This document shows positions 17,869 to 27,487 of a stretch of 64,000 bases of DNA, piece by piece; within the stretch, counting starts at the first letter, position 1; every line of letters starts with the position of its first letter. The position numbers and the translations under genes are program-made. The DNA comes from Desulfurococcaceae archaeon (lineage in GTDB: Archaea > Thermoproteota > Thermoprotei_A > Sulfolobales > Desulfurococcaceae): the NCBI GenBank assembly GCA_038888155.1, contig JAWAJB010000001.1, forward strand, positions 352,001 to 416,000, written 5' to 3'. The notes beneath the pieces are model-generated. The model was not told the DNA's origin. It did not search any database and worked only from the letters and a program-made list of their open reading frames with translations.

Positions 17869-19023
17869 CTACTCGTAGCTGTACGTGCCGTACTGCTTGC
17901 TCCACTCCTTGTAAGCGTCTATAAGCGTAGGGTCTATGCTTGGCTTGTGTTTCTTTATTACCTCTACGAAGTCTTCTGTAGCTACTTTCCTCTCTGAGAT
18001 ATTTAGGCCCTTCTCGTTTACTTCCTCAACGATATTGTTTTGTACCTCTTTTACTATTGAGACGAGATCAGCCGAGCTGTACCCCTCTGTTACGTCCGCC
18101 AGCTTATCAAAATCTATTTGCCCAATATTGAATGTCTTCGACAGCTTCATTACGTAGTGCTCGAATAGCTTCTTGCGGACATCTCTATTAGGCGGTGGAA
18201 CGTAAATTCTCCTCTCAAACCTTCGGATAAACCCTATATCGAGGTTCCAGGGCTTATTAGTTGCGCCAATAACGAATAGCTGGAGCTTTGTGGATTCCTT
18301 GCCAGCTAAGCCGTCTATTTCTATTAGGAACTGATTTCTAGCCCTTTTCTCTCCTCCTACTTCAACGCTGTATTGCTGGAATAGGCCATCAACTTCATCA
18401 ATGAAAATGAGGACGGGTTTACCAGTGCTCGTCAGTTCGCGGGCTGTGTCGAATAGCTTCTTAACGTTTTTTTCTGCGTCTCCAAGCCACTTACTCATAA
18501 TATTCGCTGGACTGATGTTGATTAAAATAGCGTCTATTTCATTCGCTAAAGTCAGCGAAACTTCTGTTTTTCCGCAGCCAGGAGGGCCGAAAAGCAGTAT
18601 CCCCTTAGGCCAGCCTAGGGGATATAGACTAGGCGTTTTAACTGGATATATAACAGATCTCTTGAGGGCCCTCTTTACCTCCTCTAAGTCGACTATATCG
18701 TTGAAGTTCTTCTTCGGCCTGTGCTCAGGCCTCAATACCTCAAAGGCCACGAGCTCTGCTGGATTGGGCGAGCTCTCGACTTGCTCTCTCTGTGCTTTTT
18801 CTAGCCTATTTTCAAGCGTGCTTATTCTGTTCTTGTACTTAGCAACTAGCTCTTTGTAGAAGTCTACGAGTGGGGCATCTGGGTATAAAACGATGTATTT
18901 TGAGAAGAAATCTACTGCCACCTTGTAGTACTTTATTGCAGTTTCGTAGTCCCCTGCTTTGTCGGCAGCTACAGCTCTTTGGGCGTACTCTACGCCTTTG
19001 TCCGCTATGTGATGCATGCTCAC
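17869..19023 (-). CDS. cdvC: Cell division ATPase CdvC (Vps4-like)
   Basis: N-terminal MIT domain (AVAADKAGDYETAIKYY), LGWPKGILLFGPPGCGKT, IFIDEVD, ATNKPW, RRFERRIY. Confidence 0.92.
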   Translation of the reverse strand: MSMHHIADKGVEYAQRAVAADKAGDYETAIKYYKVAVDFFSKYIVLYPDAPLVDFYKELVAKYKNRISTLENRLEKAQREQVESSPNPAELVAFEVLRPEHRPKKNFNDIVDLEEVKRALKRSVIYPVKTPSLYPLGWPKGILLFGPPGCGKTEVSLTLANEIDAILINISPANIMSKWLGDAEKNVKKLFDTARELTSTGKPVLIFIDEVDGLFQQYSVEVGGEKRARNQFLIEIDGLAGKESTKLQLFVIGATNKPWNLDIGFIRRFERRIYVPPPNRDVRKKLFEHYVMKLSKTFNIGQIDFDKLADVTEGYSSADLVSIVKEVQNNIVEEVNEKGLNISERKVATEDFVEVIKKHKPSIDPTLIDAYKEWSKQYGTYSYE

Positions 19024-19043
19024 ATTAGCACCTTAAACGATGC

Positions 19044-19940
19044 TTATCTTCTCTTAACTTGAACTAGCTTCTTCGACTCGAGAGAGCTAAGCGCCTCCAA
19101 AACAACATTGCGCGGTACTCCGTACTTCTTTTCAAATACGCTGATGTCGAGTATACCTGCTGTTACCCTAAGCTCGTTCAGAAGCCACTGCTCCACTATG
19201 TGGAGCGGGACGCTGAAGTTTACTTGTACTTGTGGCTGCTGAAGAGCAGCAGTTTCCTGTTTCTTGTCTGGAGCCTGGGCAACAGGTGCTTGGAGCGGCT
19301 CCTCTTTTTTCTTCTCCTGCTGAAGCGAGCTCGAAGGTGCCTTCTCCCCTTTAGGTTGGGTTGTGGGGCTAGGCTTTACTTGTGGGGGGGCCTGCACCTT
19401 GCGATTTGAGTAAGGAGAGCGCTGCTCGGTAGAGTAGCTTGAAATAAGAGTTGTGCTCGTAAGGCCTGGTATGTACGGGGACGACATTGACATAATACTT
19501 GCTACTCTCTGCTCTAAAGCCCTAACTTGGTTTATGAGTTGTGGGTTTATTTTCTCAATGCTGGGCTCTATTGCTTTAAGCTCCTCGAGCACCTCTGGTA
19601 TTACCTTTAGCGGCTCCTCGACGTAGAACAGGGTTTCAAGCCTGTATTTAACTTTAGTGAGATCATACACTGTTTTTGTCAACATGGAGAGGTAGCCGTA
19701 TATGTTCTTAACCTCTTCGTCTAGTATCTTAGTCAACTCCTTGTCATCGCCCTGAGACCTCATTTTCTTTCTGTGTTCCTCAGCTACTGCCTCGAGGTTT
19801 TTCCTTGAGATCTCTAGGGATCTTAGCAATTTGTCTAGCATAGTGACGGATTGAACTAGCTCTTTTTTAGCTGGATCTCTATTCTTAAATAGCGAAAGAA
19901 ACCTGCTCAGTACCCCTGGACTAGCTATTGTTGCAGACAT
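19044..19940 (-). CDS. cdvB: ESCRT-III-like cell division protein CdvB
   Basis: Helical Snf7-like core (KVKYRLETL), P/Q-rich linker, C-terminal winged helix (GILDIS.F.KKYGV...V..AL..L....LV); directly upstream of cdvC. Confidence 0.82.
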   Translation of the reverse strand: MSATIASPGVLSRFLSLFKNRDPAKKELVQSVTMLDKLLRSLEISRKNLEAVAEEHRKKMRSQGDDKELTKILDEEVKNIYGYLSMLTKTVYDLTKVKYRLETLFYVEEPLKVIPEVLEELKAIEPSIEKINPQLINQVRALEQRVASIMSMSSPYIPGLTSTTLISSYSTEQRSPYSNRKVQAPPQVKPSPTTQPKGEKAPSSSLQQEKKKEEPLQAPVAQAPDKKQETAALQQPQVQVNFSVPLHIVEQWLLNELRVTAGILDISVFEKKYGVPRNVVLEALSSLESKKLVQVKRR

Positions 19941-20294
19941 ACCCTTCCCTCTGTTCGTGTTCACTCTAAGTATCGTATTTGCACTATCTTTTAAGGGGTG
20001 GAGATGGTATTACCAGGGGCTTCTACTTAAGTTACATAGGCTCTTGCGCGCTCTGATGTAGAATTGAGCTGTTAGTTAGGACAACACAGCTTGGAAAGCG
20101 CGATGTTTTGTGCCTTTAGATTGCTGGTATCAGATGGCGCAGTTCAGTGCATGTCTTACTTCTCCCCTGAGGACCGAACCCCTAAGAAACACAAGGCTTT
20201 GGCCTCCCGAAGTCTTGGCCTCTAGGGGTAAACCCTAGGCACCGTAAAGCTCTAATAAGCCTTGTTGCGTAGTTGACATAGAGGTAGCTTAATT

Positions 20295-21794
20295 ATGCCC
20301 ACAAAAGTAGCTGTTGGAACAAAAGGCGTAGCATCAGACCATCAGCTAGCAACTCAAGTAGGGCTCGATGTCCTTAAAAGTGGCGGAAACGCGTTTGACG
20401 CGGCAATAGCTGTGAGCGCTGTGCTCTCCGTAGTACAGCCACAGATGAGCGGGCTTGGAGGAGACGCGTTCCTCCTCGGCTTCCTTGGAGATGAAGTCCT
20501 AGCTTATTCCTCGTCTGGGAAGTCTCCCAGCGGATTTAAAGAGGAAGAATACTTGAGCGCGAAGCCGCTACGCGGACCGTTAACAGTAACTGTTCCTGGG
20601 CTAGTGTACCTCTGGGGAAAAATATACGAAGAGTACTGCTCACTTCCGCTTGACTACTTGCTGAGGCCGGCAATTAGTATTGCCTACAGCGGATTTCACG
20701 TTGGGCTAATGCTCTCAGAGGCTATCTCAATGTACGAAAAGGAGCTAGGAAAGTACAAGTGGGCTAAGTACTACAGCGGACTAAAGCTAGGTGATCTGTT
20801 CATTAACAGGGATATGGCCAGGGCGCTTAGGTTAATTGCCTCGCGAGGCTGGGAGGAGTTTTACTACGGCGAGCTTGCTGAAGACATTGTCTCAGAGCTT
20901 GAAGAGCAGGGCGTAGGCATTGGCCTAGACGATTTAATGGACCACGAAGGCTTTAAGGTAAGGCCGCTCAAGCTTGAGCTGAACGACGCAACTTTGTACG
21001 AGCTCCCCCCGAACACTCAAGGAATAACAACGTTGCAGTTGATTAGCGCTCTACACGAGCTTAAATTAAGCAACGAAGATTTCTCTTCCCCCGCTAGGAT
21101 AAATAAGTGGAGTGAGCCCATAGCTAGGGCCTACATGTTCAGGGACTTACACGTAGGTGACCCGGACTACATGTCCATTAATCCAGAGCACTACGTAAAG
21201 TACTCGAGCATAGAGAAACTAGCCCTGAACACTCGTAGCGAGAGTCCAGGCAATGGAGATACAACGTTCTTTGTGGTCTCTGACGGCGACGCCATTATTG
21301 GGTTCATTCAAAGTTTATTTCACCCATTTGGGTCAGGGCTCACAATTAGTGGATTCCCCGTTCAGAACAGAGGCGTAGGGTTTGCTAAAAGCAGGGGCCT
21401 CCCTAATAGCCCAGCTCCGCGCAAAGTGCCCCTTCACACGCTATCTGTTCTTGGCGTTGATCGCGGAAAGGAGAAGTACATTATTGGGTGCGTGGGAGGG
21501 GATGTGAGACCTCAGCTGCACTTAAGGGTTTTCGAGAATATCTTCGCTTATGGCATGCCCATTGACAGGGCTATTGCGGCCCCGAGATTTCTGTACATGA
21601 CCCCATATGGAAGGCAGGAAGTAGTTGTGGAAAAGCCCCTGAGGCCTCCTCCGCAGAGAGAGAACAACTATATTGGGTTTGGAGAAGTTGACTACTTTAA
21701 AGCTAAAGGCCACGTCCACGTGGGGAGATTGACTGACCAAAAGGTGCTTATGGCCTGTGATCCTAGGAGCGAGGGAATTCCGCTAGCCACTTGA
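20295..21794 (+). CDS. ggt: Gamma-glutamyltransferase family (Ntn hydrolase), cytoplasmic
   Basis: GGNAFDAAIA, SGLGGDAF, PPNTQG, GDTT nucleophile, FGSG...QNRG, DPRSEG. Confidence 0.92.
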   Translation: MPTKVAVGTKGVASDHQLATQVGLDVLKSGGNAFDAAIAVSAVLSVVQPQMSGLGGDAFLLGFLGDEVLAYSSSGKSPSGFKEEEYLSAKPLRGPLTVTVPGLVYLWGKIYEEYCSLPLDYLLRPAISIAYSGFHVGLMLSEAISMYEKELGKYKWAKYYSGLKLGDLFINRDMARALRLIASRGWEEFYYGELAEDIVSELEEQGVGIGLDDLMDHEGFKVRPLKLELNDATLYELPPNTQGITTLQLISALHELKLSNEDFSSPARINKWSEPIARAYMFRDLHVGDPDYMSINPEHYVKYSSIEKLALNTRSESPGNGDTTFFVVSDGDAIIGFIQSLFHPFGSGLTISGFPVQNRGVGFAKSRGLPNSPAPRKVPLHTLSVLGVDRGKEKYIIGCVGGDVRPQLHLRVFENIFAYGMPIDRAIAAPRFLYMTPYGRQEVVVEKPLRPPPQRENNYIGFGEVDYFKAKGHVHVGRLTDQKVLMACDPRSEGIPLAT

Positions 21795-21843
21795 CGCGAA
21801 CGAAGCAGCTTATTTTGTGCGCACTCTAACGCCTTTTTTGCAA

Positions 21844-22842
21844 TTAGTTTTTATTGAGTGTATTTAGAGTGGATTGCGGCAGCCTAGCTACAGACCCTCT
21901 GAAGTAAGTACTGCCGCCCCAAACTACTCTCGAGACTAGCTTCTTTGAAAGCAAGTTATCTAGCGAGATTACGCCGAGATCTCCATATATGCTTCTGACC
22001 TCTGCATACTTCAGAGGAGCCCTAAGCAGTTGGTTGTAGAGCATGTTAATTGTATTCCTCCACGTGGGCGTACTACGAGGTAGCGAAACTGTATCCGTAA
22101 ACACCTCGAGCCCCTGCATCAGCAGAAACTCCTCCAACCGCGTTAAGTAAGACTCAGGGCCCGGCTTTACATGCGGGCTCTGTGTAGGCCTATCAATGGG
22201 CTTCAGCACAACCCTTGCTGGCTTGATCCTCCCCAGTATGGGTATGGTCTCTTCCGCGTGCTTGTTATCAGGATATATGCTGTCTGCGAGCCTGAAAACT
22301 AACAGCTCCACTACGAGCTTACCTGGTGCCCTCTTAGAAAATTCCTTGAGGCCTTCGAGGTAGACGCTGAAATCAACGCCTGGCGGCCATCCCATTGCGC
22401 CCCTGTTATCTCCGTACCACGCGTACGGCACTAGGAAGTAGTCTACTTCCTCGACAATGCGTGCGTTTGCGTGCAGATTTCCCACGTTGATCCCGCTTGT
22501 ATGTAGGAGTACTTTGGGCCTATTGCTGTGCCTGCTCGTTAAATCCTTCAGTGCACTTACAGCTTTCTCTATGTTCGAGAGCAGGAGGGGATCTCCGCAT
22601 CCCCACACAAGTATTCCATCTATATTTATGCCTTTAGGCCAGAACTCCTCTACATCGTTTATAAGCGAACTAACATGTGCGCTGTAAATAGCTTGGGGCG
22701 CCACTTCTTTAGCTGGCCCAAGCGTGCACGTTATACAGCCGAGAGGACACTTTTTAGGCGGAGTTAAAGCATCTACGAGGAGTAGGTTTCCATACAAGCT
22801 ACTGGGGTGAAGTCCGTACACGTAGAGTAGCTTGAAGTCCAC
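21844..22842 (-). CDS. Radical SAM Fe-S oxidoreductase (COG0731-like)
   Basis: YVYG...G..L.VD...PKKCPLGCITC, GDPLL, IDRP. Confidence 0.7.
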   Translation of the reverse strand: MDFKLLYVYGLHPSSLYGNLLLVDALTPPKKCPLGCITCTLGPAKEVAPQAIYSAHVSSLINDVEEFWPKGINIDGILVWGCGDPLLLSNIEKAVSALKDLTSRHSNRPKVLLHTSGINVGNLHANARIVEEVDYFLVPYAWYGDNRGAMGWPPGVDFSVYLEGLKEFSKRAPGKLVVELLVFRLADSIYPDNKHAEETIPILGRIKPARVVLKPIDRPTQSPHVKPGPESYLTRLEEFLLMQGLEVFTDTVSLPRSTPTWRNTINMLYNQLLRAPLKYAEVRSIYGDLGVISLDNLLSKKLVSRVVWGGSTYFRGSVARLPQSTLNTLNKN

Positions 22843-22844
22843 AG

Positions 22845-24065
22845 CTAACTCGCCTCTAGCATACTTAAAAAGAATCCCTGACCGTTTACTTCGTGCGGAT
22901 ATATCCTATAGGTGCTTTTAGAGTGGGGATACCCTAGGTAGCCTTTTTTTAAGTGCGGAGCGGACAGCTCTAGTAGTTTGACATCTTTGTGCGCATTTAA
23001 AATCTTACCTATGAGTTCTTCCCCCTCGAGGGGATGTATACTGCAGGTCACGAAGAGGGCTCTGTTCCCCTGTTTTAAGTTGTTCCGAATAAGGTTAAGT
23101 TGAACTACGTGGAGTCCCTTGACTTTTTTCCTAGTTAAATACAATTTAATAGCAGGATTCGCGTAAACAGCACCGCTATCGCTACATGGAGCATCGATAA
23201 TTGCCACAGCGTTCCTTAAGTTGTACTGCAACACCCTTGAGTCCCCAACAACTACTATTAATCTCGGCGTCTTCCCCAAAACTTCCCCAGCTAACTGATA
23301 CACTAGTGTGGCGCGGTCCTCGCTTATGTCTACCGATATTGCCCTGTTGGCCTTCCCCTTAGAGAGGATCTGCAGGAGCTTTATGCCGGGAGAGCTACAA
23401 GCGTCAATTAGATCTTCGGCAGTTTCTTCTAGGAGTTTCGCTGTTATGTACGAACTTATATCTTGGGGTATTACGACACGATTTACTACGCATGGATTGC
23501 TCCCTATCTTAATAAATGGATCTTCCAATAGGAGGAGGTCCTTAAAAGTGCTGTGCCCTTTAACTCTTATACCTGTTTTTTCAAGGCACTCAATTGCGTC
23601 CGCGATGGAGTGTTTTAGCGTGTTTACGCGCAACCACCGCTTCCTCTCATTTAGGCTCTTTAGCATGTTTTCAAGCGCGCTGCGAGGTAACTTACCGTAA
23701 AGATCCCTGACGAACCAGTGAGGAAAGCCGTAGAGTAGCGAGATGCGCATTGTCTCTGACAGCGATCTCGATAGCTCCCGAATTTGGTCCACCAAACCCT
23801 CTAGATCAAAGCCTTTTGTGTATAGGTACTCTACGGCGCTTGTGGGGCTGGGGCTGTAGCCGCTATAGCTGGCCATAAACCTTATGCTGTGGTAATATAT
23901 CACGACCTTGTAGGCTATTTTGTAAAGATCCTTAGCTTCCCGCGGGGTTAAGCCGTATTTCCGAGTTATAGCGCTAAAGGCCCCGTCAAAGCTTAGCTTA
24001 CCAGACACCAAAGCCCTCAATAAGACAGTCAACAAAAACCTTGCCTTTTGGGGGTTAACGGACAA
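22845..24065 (-). CDS. RsmB/NOP2-family RNA m5C methyltransferase
   Basis: LRVNTLK, PQDISS, DACSSPGIK, DAPCSDSG, TCSIHPLEGE, GFF. Confidence 0.9.
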   Translation of the reverse strand: MSVNPQKARFLLTVLLRALVSGKLSFDGAFSAITRKYGLTPREAKDLYKIAYKVVIYYHSIRFMASYSGYSPSPTSAVEYLYTKGFDLEGLVDQIRELSRSLSETMRISLLYGFPHWFVRDLYGKLPRSALENMLKSLNERKRWLRVNTLKHSIADAIECLEKTGIRVKGHSTFKDLLLLEDPFIKIGSNPCVVNRVVIPQDISSYITAKLLEETAEDLIDACSSPGIKLLQILSKGKANRAISVDISEDRATLVYQLAGEVLGKTPRLIVVVGDSRVLQYNLRNAVAIIDAPCSDSGAVYANPAIKLYLTRKKVKGLHVVQLNLIRNNLKQGNRALFVTCSIHPLEGEELIGKILNAHKDVKLLELSAPHLKKGYLGYPHSKSTYRIYPHEVNGQGFFLSMLEAS

Positions 24066-24076
24066 AGCTGTAAACC

Positions 24077-25624
24077 CTACGTTGGAATGTCGACAACGTT
24101 GATCTCTCTACCGCTAGATTTCTTAGTGAAGTAATCAAGGCTCCTGTACTTAATTTTCGAGAGGACGTCTAAGTCTTTGGTGAACAGTAGCCTTATGTCA
24201 TCTACACCTAGGACTGTCATGGCTAACCTATCAACCCCTATACCCCACGCTGCAGCGTTATAGCCCTTAGCGCCCAGCATTTCCATGACTTCGGGCCTAA
24301 ACATGCCCCCAGGAAAAACCTCCATCCAACCTAGCTTAGGGTGCTTAATGTACCCCTCGACGCTAGGCTCTGTGAATGGGAAGTAGCCTGGCTTAAACCA
24401 GACATTTCTTATTCCCAGCGCTGCAGCGAATTCTTTGAAGAAGTACAGCAAGTGCTTGAAGTTAACGTTTTTGCCCACGATAATGCCGTCTAGTTGGTAA
24501 AATTCCATGCTGTGCTTTGCGTCAAGGTTCTCTGGCCTGAAGTTCCTATCTACGGTGAACGACCTGTACTCTCCGGGGCCCCTCAGATAAATAGTCCTAG
24601 CGGAGACTGCAGTAGTCTGACTCCTCAGGACAAGCCTCAAGGCTTGATCAGGGCTCCACCTGTAGTTCCAGCCAGCTTCGTGCACTTTTTTAATGCTCTC
24701 GATCAGCTGAGGCTTCGCGCGCGCTCTAAGCTCTGTTTTAATGAAAAATGTGTCGTGTACTTCTCTTGCCGGGTGATCCTGGGCTTGGAATAGCGCATCG
24801 AAGTTCCAGAGCTCGGCCTCTACGTGCGGTCCTTTAGCCTCCTCGAAGCCCATGCTGATCATTACTTCGCGCAGTTCATCGATAAACTGCATGAAGGGGT
24901 GCTTCCTTGAAATACTCGGCACAGGCAGCTCAACGGAGAGGTCGAACTCCTTTATTGTGTACTTATCGAGCTCTAGCGCATAATCCGGCTTGACTACAGT
25001 AACTAGCTGTTTTTCTCTAATAAGCCCTCTCTCAAGGCACTCAATTAGCTTACTAGTCGCCTCGAGCACGATTATAGTCCTCTCGCGCGGCTCAACGAGC
25101 TTCCTCTTCTTCAGAGTTGCTAGTAGGTCGTCCTCTACTTTCTCGCCGCTGGAGATCTTAGCTAAGCTCCTCTTAATTAAATCGGCGTGCTCTAGGACCT
25201 TAGAGCAACTCTCCTGACTGCTCAAAACTACAGCGCCCTTTGATACTTCAAGGCAGCGATCTCGCAAAAGGTACTGCAGCCCAACTCGTACCTCTTCAGG
25301 CGGGAGAGCAACGAGTTTGCCAATGCACGAAATGAATTCCTCTACGCTCCTGCCCTCGCAGTTGTGTAGGGCTCTATAAACAATCTCCTCGGGCAAGCCG
25401 TGCTCCAGATACAATCTGCCCAGCTCTGTGAGCACATAGTACTGTACTTTACTGCGATTAGCCTTGACTAGCCCTCTGGACTCGAGCTCAGAGATGTCCC
25501 TCATTAAGTCCTCTTGTTTAACTCCTAAGTTGCTCGAGATTTCACTGAGTGAAGCTGCTCTTCTCTCTAAAACTTGTTTGAGTATGCCGTGTTGACGCAA
25601 AGTTAAGTACACTGCCTCTTCCAC
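24077..25624 (-). CDS. pheS: Phenylalanine--tRNA ligase alpha subunit (archaeal type)
   Basis: WNFDALFQAQDHPARE, YFPFTEPS, GMFRPE, AWGIGVDRL; GTG at 25624 after GAGGTG. Confidence 0.95.
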   Translation of the reverse strand: MEEAVYLTLRQHGILKQVLERRAASLSEISSNLGVKQEDLMRDISELESRGLVKANRSKVQYYVLTELGRLYLEHGLPEEIVYRALHNCEGRSVEEFISCIGKLVALPPEEVRVGLQYLLRDRCLEVSKGAVVLSSQESCSKVLEHADLIKRSLAKISSGEKVEDDLLATLKKRKLVEPRERTIIVLEATSKLIECLERGLIREKQLVTVVKPDYALELDKYTIKEFDLSVELPVPSISRKHPFMQFIDELREVMISMGFEEAKGPHVEAELWNFDALFQAQDHPAREVHDTFFIKTELRARAKPQLIESIKKVHEAGWNYRWSPDQALRLVLRSQTTAVSARTIYLRGPGEYRSFTVDRNFRPENLDAKHSMEFYQLDGIIVGKNVNFKHLLYFFKEFAAALGIRNVWFKPGYFPFTEPSVEGYIKHPKLGWMEVFPGGMFRPEVMEMLGAKGYNAAAWGIGVDRLAMTVLGVDDIRLLFTKDLDVLSKIKYRSLDYFTKKSSGREINVVDIPT

Positions 25625-25668
25625 GGTGACACCTCTAAGTAATATTGATGCTTGCCCTAAATAACGTA

Positions 25669-26469
25669 TCACATTAACGATCTAAGTGAATAATAGCTTG
25701 AAACAATTGCCCTTGCGTACTCGCTCTTGGGGGAGCTCAGTATATCTCTCAGCGCTCCATCCTCTACTATTACTCCGTTCTTGATGAGAATAGCCCTATC
25801 TGCTAGGTACTGCGCCACGGCCAAGTCGTGTGTAACAGTAATCATTGTTATTCTTAGCCTCGAGTAAATGTCATTTAGCAAGTTGATTATCTGAGCCTGA
25901 ATAGAGACATCTAATGCCGATGTCGGCTCGTCCAGTATTAGTATTGAAGGCTGGTGGACTAGTGCCCGCGCAATGAGCACTCTCTGCCTCATTCCCCCGC
26001 TTAGCTCGTCTGACGTTAGCCCTAGGACAGTGCTGGGGAGCCGCACCAGCTTTAATATTTCATCTATTTCTTGCTCTATTTTCCTGTCGTTTTCGCCGAT
26101 AGCCTCGAGAGGCTCTTCGAGGATTTGACTAACGCTTAGCGCGGGGTTTAAAGCCCTGTAGGGGTCTTGCGGCACGTACCCTATTCTCCTCAGTATTGAT
26201 ACGCGCTTCCTCCAAGTTAAATTGTATATAGACACGCCGTTAATGAGCACTTCGCCCTGAACGGGGCTTAAGAGGCCGAGGATGACTTTGAGGAGCGTTG
26301 TCTTGCCTGAGCCGCTTTCACCTATTATTGCTACTCTCTCGCGCTCCGAGATCTGCAGGTTGATGTCCTTGAGCACTATCTGGGGGGTTCTCAGCAAAGA
26401 TTTAAAGCCCTTTATAACGCTGTATCCCGCATATATCTTTCGGAGCTCTATGGCGTGCTGTGCGCTCAT
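25669..26469 (-). CDS. dppF: Peptide ABC transporter ATP-binding protein
   Basis: GESGSGKT, LSGGMRQR, DEPTSALD. Confidence 0.88.
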   Translation of the reverse strand: MSAQHAIELRKIYAGYSVIKGFKSLLRTPQIVLKDINLQISERERVAIIGESGSGKTTLLKVILGLLSPVQGEVLINGVSIYNLTWRKRVSILRRIGYVPQDPYRALNPALSVSQILEEPLEAIGENDRKIEQEIDEILKLVRLPSTVLGLTSDELSGGMRQRVLIARALVHQPSILILDEPTSALDVSIQAQIINLLNDIYSRLRITMITVTHDLAVAQYLADRAILIKNGVIVEDGALRDILSSPKSEYARAIVSSYYSLRSLM

Positions 26470-26479
26470 TTTAAGATCA

Positions 26480-27487
26480 CTATGAGCACGTGTTGTTTGT
26501 GCTAGGAGGCATAAAGGCTGGCTCCTTTAGCTTCCAGCACCTTAAGTAGTGAGACTTATCCGCGTTTACTAGCTTTAAGGGGGGCTCCTGCTTGCATGAT
26601 TCATCTCTATAGGGGCACCTCTCAGTGAAAACGCAACCTGGTTGCTCACCTATCAAGCTAGGGGGCTCGCCCGGTAGCGATTTAAGCACTTTATTTACGC
26701 CGAGAATGGGAGTGCTCTCGAGTAGCATCTTAGTGTAAGGGTGCCTAGGATTACTTATGATCTCCCTTGAAGTGCTCACTTCGACAATTTTCCCGCGGTA
26801 CATGACAGCAATAACGTCGCACATTGTTCCCGCCACTAGTATATCGTGGGTTACCATGAACACTGTTAGCTTAAACTCAACGCGGAGTTGGTTAATTAGA
26901 TTGATGATTTGTGCCTTTAGGCTAGCGTCTATAGAGGAGGTAGGCTCGTCCGCAACTAGTATGCGCGCGTTGTTAACTAAGGCAAGGGATATTAAAACTC
27001 TTTGTTGCATTCCACCGCTAAGTTCGTGGGGGTACATGTCTAGCACTCGGGCATCTAACCCCACTTTGCTAAGGTACATTGAGGCTATTTCCCTTACTCT
27101 CTTCTTGCTCGTGCCCGACTGGTTTTTAAGCAAGTAGTTGAAGTGCTCCTCAACTGTTATGAATGGATTTAAGCTTGTGCCCGGATTTTGAGGGACCAAG
27201 CTAACCACGCGGCCGCGTATATTGTTGTACCGGTGAAGAGGGCCATCTATAACCGGGCGATTGAAAATGTAGAGCTTTCCTTCAGTTATACTGTGCGGCG
27301 GCAAGGTGCCTGCAACGGCGCTAGCAAGCGTTGTTTTGCCCGAGCCGCTCTCTCCCACGAGGCAGAAAGCCAAGCCCTCGGGAACTGATATATCTATGTC
27401 CTTTACAGCCCAAACTATTTGCTCATCTTCGTATAAGTACCCAACCCTGAACTTCTCGGTGTGTATGGCTAGAACCAAAGTCTCCAC
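26480..27487 (-). CDS. dppD: Peptide ABC transporter ATP-binding protein
   Basis: GESGSGKT, YPHELSGG, PRHPYT, C-terminal GCxFxxRC. Confidence 0.9.
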   Translation of the reverse strand: METLVLAIHTEKFRVGYLYEDEQIVWAVKDIDISVPEGLAFCLVGESGSGKTTLASAVAGTLPPHSITEGKLYIFNRPVIDGPLHRYNNIRGRVVSLVPQNPGTSLNPFITVEEHFNYLLKNQSGTSKKRVREIASMYLSKVGLDARVLDMYPHELSGGMQQRVLISLALVNNARILVADEPTSSIDASLKAQIINLINQLRVEFKLTVFMVTHDILVAGTMCDVIAVMYRGKIVEVSTSREIISNPRHPYTKMLLESTPILGVNKVLKSLPGEPPSLIGEQPGCVFTERCPYRDESCKQEPPLKLVNADKSHYLRCWKLKEPAFMPPSTNNTCS

